In this document: positions 27,024-32,000 of the stretch, piece by piece | Numbering within the stretch: the first letter of the stretch is position 1 | How the letters are laid out: each line of letters starts with the position of its first letter | Position numbers and translations under genes: made by a program | From: Candidatus Jordarchaeales archaeon | Lineage (GTDB): Archaea; Asgardarchaeota; Jordiarchaeia; Jordiarchaeales; Freyrarchaeaceae | NCBI GenBank assembly: GCA_038858525.1 | Contig: JAWCFL010000012.1 | Location: 29,492-61,491, forward strand | Direction of reading: 5' to 3' | Length of the DNA: 32,000 nucleotides | The notes under the pieces: model-generated | Seen by the model: the letters and a program-made list of their open reading frames with translations, nothing else | Database searches by the model: none | Told to the model about the DNA's origin: nothing

Positions 27024-28197
27024 CCCTCCTGAAAATGAAGACCATGCAGTTGTTGAGCATTCCTCCCTCGCAATGCATTAAGCCTATTTCGGCGCCGTCA
27101 ACCTGAACCCTTCCGGCTTCGCCTCTAAGCTGCCTCACAATGCTTATTGTTTCATATAGTGGAGTGACCATGGCTGGGTGTCCCCTGGATAAAATTCCCC
27201 CGTCTGTGTTTATCGGGATTTTTCCGCCGATCTCTGTTGAGCCATCCATTATCGCTCTAACCATTTCACCCTTCCTGAACCATCCAATGTCCTCCGGAAG
27301 CATGAGCTCCTGTGGGCTGAATGGCGCGTAAAGCTCAGCGACGTCAACTTCATCGACGCTTATTTTAGCCATTTTCAGCGCCCGCTGAGCCGCCTCCTTG
27401 GCAGCGACAAATGTCGTTATCGGCTTATCACAGCTGTCGGTCGGTATGAAGCTTGAGTTGTCATGGTGCTCCCCGACGCCAGCAATGTAGATTGGTGTAT
27501 CCGTTATTTTTTTAGCCTTCTCCTCTGAGGCCAAAACTATAGCGGCGGCTCCGTCCCTTGCAGCTGAGCAATCTAGAAGCTTTAGCGGCGAGCACAGAAC
27601 GGGAGAACTCAGAACATCATCGACAGTGATTGGCGTGGTGAATGCCGCCCAAGGATTATGCATAGCATTGTTCCTGTTCCTCACACAGGCAGCCGCGAAG
27701 TGCTCTTCAGTTGCGCCATACTCGTACATGTATCTTCTGCCGGAGCACGCGTAAGACCAAATTACGCCTGCGACAGCGTAGGGTTGAGCCACGGGATCAT
27801 AGATCTCGAGGCCCATACCGGGCTCAACAATAGCGATGTTCTTGAAGCGTATAGACTCCTTAACTGAGCCGTAGCAAACTACGACATCCACGTAGCCAAG
27901 CATTATCTCGTTTAACGCATGTTTAAGCGCTAAGCCGCCAGCAACACCACCACAAGCGACCTCAGCAGCAACCCTAGGCGATACTCTCAAGTATTCTGAG
28001 ATCACCGACAACTGGAGCCCCAACGTTAAAAGGTAGTTCGGAGTTGTAACTAGTCCCTCAACATCCTCTTTGGATATTCCGGCATCCTCCAGTGCAAGCT
28101 TGATCGCCTTAACAGCCATCTCGTTCTCGGAAACATCAGCACCATACTTACCAATCTTCAAGCAACCATAACCGACAACGGCAACTCTACGAGTCAT
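27016..28197 (-). CDS. Thiolase-superfamily protein (SCP2/archaeal type, divergent active site)
   Basis: EVACGG, NPWAAF, PLKLLDCS..DGAAA, INTDGG..GHP. Confidence 0.88.
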   Translation of the reverse strand: MTRRVAVVGYGCLKIGKYGADVSENEMAVKAIKLALEDAGISKEDVEGLVTTPNYLLTLGLQLSVISEYLRVSPRVAAEVACGGVAGGLALKHALNEIMLGYVDVVVCYGSVKESIRFKNIAIVEPGMGLEIYDPVAQPYAVAGVIWSYACSGRRYMYEYGATEEHFAAACVRNRNNAMHNPWAAFTTPITVDDVLSSPVLCSPLKLLDCSAARDGAAAIVLASEEKAKKITDTPIYIAGVGEHHDNSSFIPTDSCDKPITTFVAAKEAAQRALKMAKISVDEVDVAELYAPFSPQELMLPEDIGWFRKGEMVRAIMDGSTEIGGKIPINTDGGILSRGHPAMVTPLYETISIVRQLRGEAGRVQVDGAEIGLMHCEGGMLNNCMVFIFRRGD

Positions 28198-29143
28198 AAC
28201 TCTGCCCCTCGCCGTACCACCCCTTCCGTATGTAAAGATAAGCGTTAACCGCAGCGGTAGCTCCCTCCCCCACAGCAGTCACTATCTGCATCACGCCCCC
28301 AGTAACATCTCCCGCTGCGAACACCCCCCTAACGCTCGTCATCTGGCACCTGTCCACAACCACATAGCCCTCCTCGTCCAGCCTCGCCCCCAACTCCGCC
28401 GCCAAAGCGCTCGAAGGCACCTCGCCCACAGCTATGAAAACCCCATCCACCTCTAGAACCGTCTCCTCACCACTTTTCAAGTTCTCAATTACAACACGCC
28501 TGACAAGCCTATCCCCCTCTATTCTCTTCACCACGCTACTCCAATGGAAAATTACCCCCCTCTCTCTGAGCCTATCCCTAATTGCCTTCTCAGCTCTGAG
28601 ATCATCGCGCCTATGAACGAGGTGGACCTCCCTAGCGCTCTCTGAAAGATAAAGCGCTTCGCTCGCCGCGGTGTTTCCTCCCCCAACAACCATCACCCTC
28701 TTTCCACGATAGAGAGGCGCGTCACACGTCGCGCAGTAGCTTACCCCCCGCCCCTTAAACGCCTCCTCCCCCGGGACGCCAAGCCTCCTCCTCTCCCTTC
28801 CCGTCGCTATTATCACCGCCTTAGCAAAATACTCCCCCTGCCCCGTCACAACCCTAAACCTTCCCCCCTCCTTCGTAATCCTCTTCACCGCCTCCATCTC
28901 CCTTATTTCACACCCATACCTCTCAACTTGGCGCCGCATCCTCTCAACTAGCTCCATTCCCCTAATAGACTCAAAGCCAGGGTAATTCTCAACTATAGCA
29001 GCCTCAGCAGCCTGCCCACCAACCACCTTAGCCTCAAAAAGCACAACGTCCAGACCGAGACGTGCAGCATAAAGAGCCGCTGAAAGACCCGCAGGTCCAC
29101 CACCAATAATGACCAGCTCTCTTTCAACAACAGAAGACATCAC
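28187..29143 (-). CDS. trxB: Thioredoxin-disulfide reductase
   Basis: GGGPAG, ENYPG, GVSYCATCD, HRRD, FAAGD. Confidence 0.92.
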   Translation of the reverse strand: MMSSVVERELVIIGGGPAGLSAALYAARLGLDVVLFEAKVVGGQAAEAAIVENYPGFESIRGMELVERMRRQVERYGCEIREMEAVKRITKEGGRFRVVTGQGEYFAKAVIIATGRERRRLGVPGEEAFKGRGVSYCATCDAPLYRGKRVMVVGGGNTAASEALYLSESAREVHLVHRRDDLRAEKAIRDRLRERGVIFHWSSVVKRIEGDRLVRRVVIENLKSGEETVLEVDGVFIAVGEVPSSALAAELGARLDEEGYVVVDRCQMTSVRGVFAAGDVTGGVMQIVTAVGEGATAAVNAYLYIRKGWYGEGQSYDS

Positions 29144-29524
29144 GCATCACCCACAAACATAGAACCCGGCAAAGACTCATAAACTCTGCACTTCAATCTT
29201 CGATATTTATGTTTCTCGCATCTCCTTCTCCGTCTTTCCCGCCGTAGGCTAACAGAGCCCGTGGAAAGCCATCAAGCGCCCCCTCAATACCTTTACCCGA
29301 CGAACAACTAAAACACTGATGGCATCTAATGAGGCTACTCAGAAACTTCTAAGGCAACTCATCTCTATGAGTGGCAGTGGAAGCACAGTATCCCCCATCT
29401 CCGCACACAGGAAACTACTCGCCACACGCCTACCCCCAATCTTCCCGAAGTTCTCAAAAATGGCACGTCTACATCAAAAAAGGCTTCATGGAACAACAAA
29501 AACGAAATTTGTGAATGACAAAAC

Positions 29525-29960
29525 ATGAGGAATAGATCAGCATCCATAACGACAGTAGCGATATGATGACGTTGCTATTAGTGTCCGTGATCACAGCAAC
29601 TGCCGATAACATCCAATAGCAACATCGCCATCACCCATCAGCGTTGCAGCAAACAACACAAAAAACGCATTGGGCAAAACATACGATGAGAAAGCCGAGA
29701 AACAACTCTGGACGTTGCTGTTTGATACGAAGAAGACATGATAGTAGCGAGATACACGAATTCTTTTACCATAGCTGGTTTGATACTTACTTTTGTATTT
29801 TGAGCATGACTTAGGCAGCGAGATCTACAACCACCATACCATGCTTCATCATAAGCAGTGCTAACGTGACGCTTGGATTAGTCTCTATCCTGGGCAAATG
29901 TAACTTTCACAAGAACAACGGCAACAGCAAAACAGTAATCACACAAGCAATGTAGTCAGA
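29525..29960 (+). pseudogene. Possible decayed gene for a secreted or membrane protein
   Basis: Protein-like segments in changing frames (MRNRSASITTVAI / MMTLLLVSVITATA / NALGKTYDEKAEKQLWTLLFD) interrupted by stops; no family recognised. Confidence 0.25.
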
Positions 29961-30369
29961 CACGAATGTAACGGTAAACATACAGGCATTCTGGCACGCT
30001 GAGCAGCCTTTATTGTTACTTGCTCCTGAGGTTGTTTGTGATTAACTCTTTCAGCTCCCTACTTTGGCCTTTAATTGCCTCCTTATGCATGGTTTCCATC
30101 GTTATGCTCCTCCTGAGAAATGCCTCCTCCCATGCCCCGTAGCACTCAGCTCTCCTCCTAAAACCCTTTTATTTCTTGTTTCATGTCTCCCCCCTCTATA
30201 ATCTTTCTTTCTCCTTTTCCCTCTGCTTGGCTCTTCTTCGCTTCCCGAGAATCAAATAAGTAGCAAAACTCCGCAGAAAGAAAAACGCTTTCTACACGAT
30301 TACTGCGCTGACACTACCGAAGCTAGAGGAAGAAAATACCTTTGCGCATTAATGAGTCCCCCAGAAACA

Positions 30370-30375
30370 TTTAAG
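30370..30375 (+). promoter_or_regulatory. Putative TATA box of tRNA-Asn
   Basis: TTTAAG 29-34 nt upstream of the mature 5' end, preceded by purine-rich CAGAAA. Confidence 0.5.
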
Positions 30376-30403
30376 AATACAAGCATTATGATATCTACTG
30401 GGT

Positions 30404-30533
30404 GCCGGGGTAGCTTAGCTCAGGTAGTTGCTTAGCCTACAGCGCCGGGCTGTTAACCCGGTGGTCGCAGATCCCACTAAAAGGGAGCGGATGTTCGAGT
30501 TGGGATGCCACGAAAATCCTGCCCCCGGCGCCA
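30404..30533 (+). tRNA. tRNA-Asn(GTT) with three introns: 22/23 (30428-30440), 52/53 (30471-30492), 59/60 (30500-30516); CCA encoded
   Basis: Removing 13+22+17 nt gives a 78-nt cloverleaf with anticodon arm CCGGG CTGTTAA CCCGG and T arm GCAGG TTCGAGT CCTGC. Confidence 0.9.
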
Positions 30534-30682
30534 TCACCAAACCACACCGCTCCCACGTTCTCGTTTTTGCGTGAAAAACAAAGGCCAATTAAAATGGCTC
30601 ATACTGATTCTGATGTACCCGGATTTGTCATGGTCCTCTTTTAAAGGTTCATTTTGCATCTCGGGGCGTTTTTCAAAATGAG

Positions 30683-30824
30683 TGGTGCCTCGGCCGGGAT
30701 TTGAATTCCCTAGCACACCACAAGGATAGCTACCCGGGTCAAGGGGTCGATTAGGCGAGGTAAAGAACCCTCTAAGCCCCTTATGCTGTCAGCATATCCC
30801 TTGGCCGGGCTACACCACCGAGGC
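30683..30824 (-). tRNA. tRNA-Glu(TTC) with three introns: 20b/21 (30788-30801), 34/35 (30751-30773), 53/54 (30706-30732); CCA encoded
   Basis: Removing 14+23+27 nt gives GCCTCGG TG GTGT AGCCCGGCCAA GCAT A AGGGG CTTTCGA CCCCT TGAC CCGGG TTCAAAT CCCGG CCGAGGC A CCA (78 nt). Confidence 0.87.
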
Positions 30825-30852
30825 ACCAGCACAAAATAAAACGAAAGAAGAA

Positions 30853-30859
30853 CTTAAAA
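30853..30859 (-). promoter_or_regulatory. Putative TATA box of tRNA-Glu
   Basis: TTTTAAG on the minus strand, 29-35 nt upstream of the tRNA. Confidence 0.5.
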
Positions 30860-31020
30860 GCTTTAGGGGGCTCCTCTCAAAGGAAATCTAAAAGAGAAAA
30901 AGCTTCAGAGAAACAATGGGCTAACAGGAAATCAGCCTAAAGAAAAACAGAATAGCGCTAAAACACACCCTCCCAAACCACACAATAAAGCAACAAGCAA
31001 AAAAGAAACGCGATATATAC

Positions 31021-31050
31021 TATTGTAGAACAAAGTATTGTAGAACAAAG
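31021..31050. repeat. Perfect 15-bp tandem duplication (TATTGTAGAACAAAG x2)
   Basis: Read directly from the sequence. Confidence 0.9.
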
Positions 31051-31234
31051 CAACCCCCACCCCTCACATTTCTCTACCCACAAACCGAGTTAGGGTCTTC
31101 ACAAATTCAAGAACCACTAACACTCCCCCCTTAGGAGAGACTAATTAATCTACCCTCTTATTCCCCCAACACTTCTATGGAAAATAAAAACTTTCCTCTT
31201 ATAAAACCTACCAGAAGCCTTTGCCTAACCCCAT

Positions 31235-31830
31235 GGGCAGCCTGCCCCCCTAACCTTCTCGAGGAAAACATACGCCTTATCCATAAAAAACATTGAAAGT
31301 AATACGGGCGCATTTATCGTCAGCTGATCGTCTTCCAGTCTCTCAGCGACTTTCAACGCTGGCTCCAGCCTGCTCTCGTCGAACAGCTTTGAGCATTATT
31401 GTAGCGTATCTGGCTACCTGTTATGGCGCATATTTTTCCACCACCTTTATGGGTGAACTTTTTTATGCCTCCTGGACCCCAATTTTCAGTACTTCTAGTG
31501 CTGAGGAAGTGAATCTTTGCCTCTCGATGCTTACCTTTAATCTCATCACCTATAATCTCATCAAAGGATGAAGATAATTCCCCCTAAACCATTTGCGAAG
31601 CCCTCCAGATATGACTAGGCCACCATGCTATTATCTCTGAAAGCCTTAAAAACGCATAGGCTCTCATCCATTCACAGCCTCCTCCTCTCATCCATCATAG
31701 TTACTTTTTCGTGTCCCGTTACGAATAACATGCGGGGCCAGTTCTCCTCCGAGAACTCCACCCTCGAGCAGCATGAGGACAAATGGATCCTCTCACCACC
31801 CCCAACCTTATAAGAATTATCCGTCATCAA
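31235..31830 (-). pseudogene. Possible decayed protein-coding gene
   Basis: Minus-strand segments in different frames read as protein (FDEIIGDEIKGKHREAKIHFL; KLFDESRLEPALKVAERLEDD) but are broken by stops and frameshifts; product not identifiable. Confidence 0.3.
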
Positions 31831-32000
31831 CCCCACATCACCTCATCCACAAAAACTAGCCCTATCCTATCATCAACCAAACTGTAATCCCCCCCTCCAA
31901 CAACTCGCAGAACAACACACCCAACCACGCAAACCCCCCCCACGAAACCAAACACGCCCCCCATCCAAAACCCCGCAAGCACTCCACCCAAAAACCACCC

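Noticed and set aside
29319-29528. HRKLLATRL resembling the tyrosine-integrase LRKxxAT box near tRNA genes
   Set aside because: Only a short match, with no other integrase motifs and no att duplication of a tRNA 3' end found.
30683-30824. Reading this tRNA as Leu(TAG) with a canonical 37/38 intron
   Set aside because: The BHB core would be mismatched (CTTA/TAAT), there is no long variable arm, and the D-arm and discriminator fit Glu.
31800-32000. C/A-rich end as a telomere-like or tandem repeat
   Set aside because: No repeating unit; it is compositional skew only.
1-32000. CRISPR arrays, rRNA genes, transposases
   Set aside because: No regularly spaced repeats, rRNA signatures or transposase motifs were seen.

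Overview
Archaeal chromosomal window, mostly housekeeping genes. Two Rab-like GTPase domains, archaeal ribosomal proteins and BHB-type tRNA introns point by inference to an Asgard archaeon, probably thermophilic. Contents: aspS (partial), truD, pth2, a geranylgeranyl reductase, two VTT/DedA proteins, rps6e, nadC, a beta-CASP nuclease, rps28e, nnr, agmatinase, ndk, rpl24e, rpiA, two TrxB-fold oxidoreductases and a thiolase/DUF35 pair. Most notable: (1) a soluble MtrA-MtrH fusion overlapping (ATGA) a tandem-duplicated thymidylate-synthase-like protein whose active-site motifs are split between the two halves and which has Asp at the position that selects cytosine over uracil nucleotides; (2) a Rab-like GTPase fused to an M20 metallo-deacylase; (3) four tRNAs with eight introns, all non-canonical, including two triple-intron tRNAs, one intron at 8/9 and one inside an anticodon; (4) an apparent sawtooth G+T versus A+C skew tracking transcription units. 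No CRISPR array, rRNA or intact mobile element was seen. Family assignments come from motifs read by eye, without database searches.
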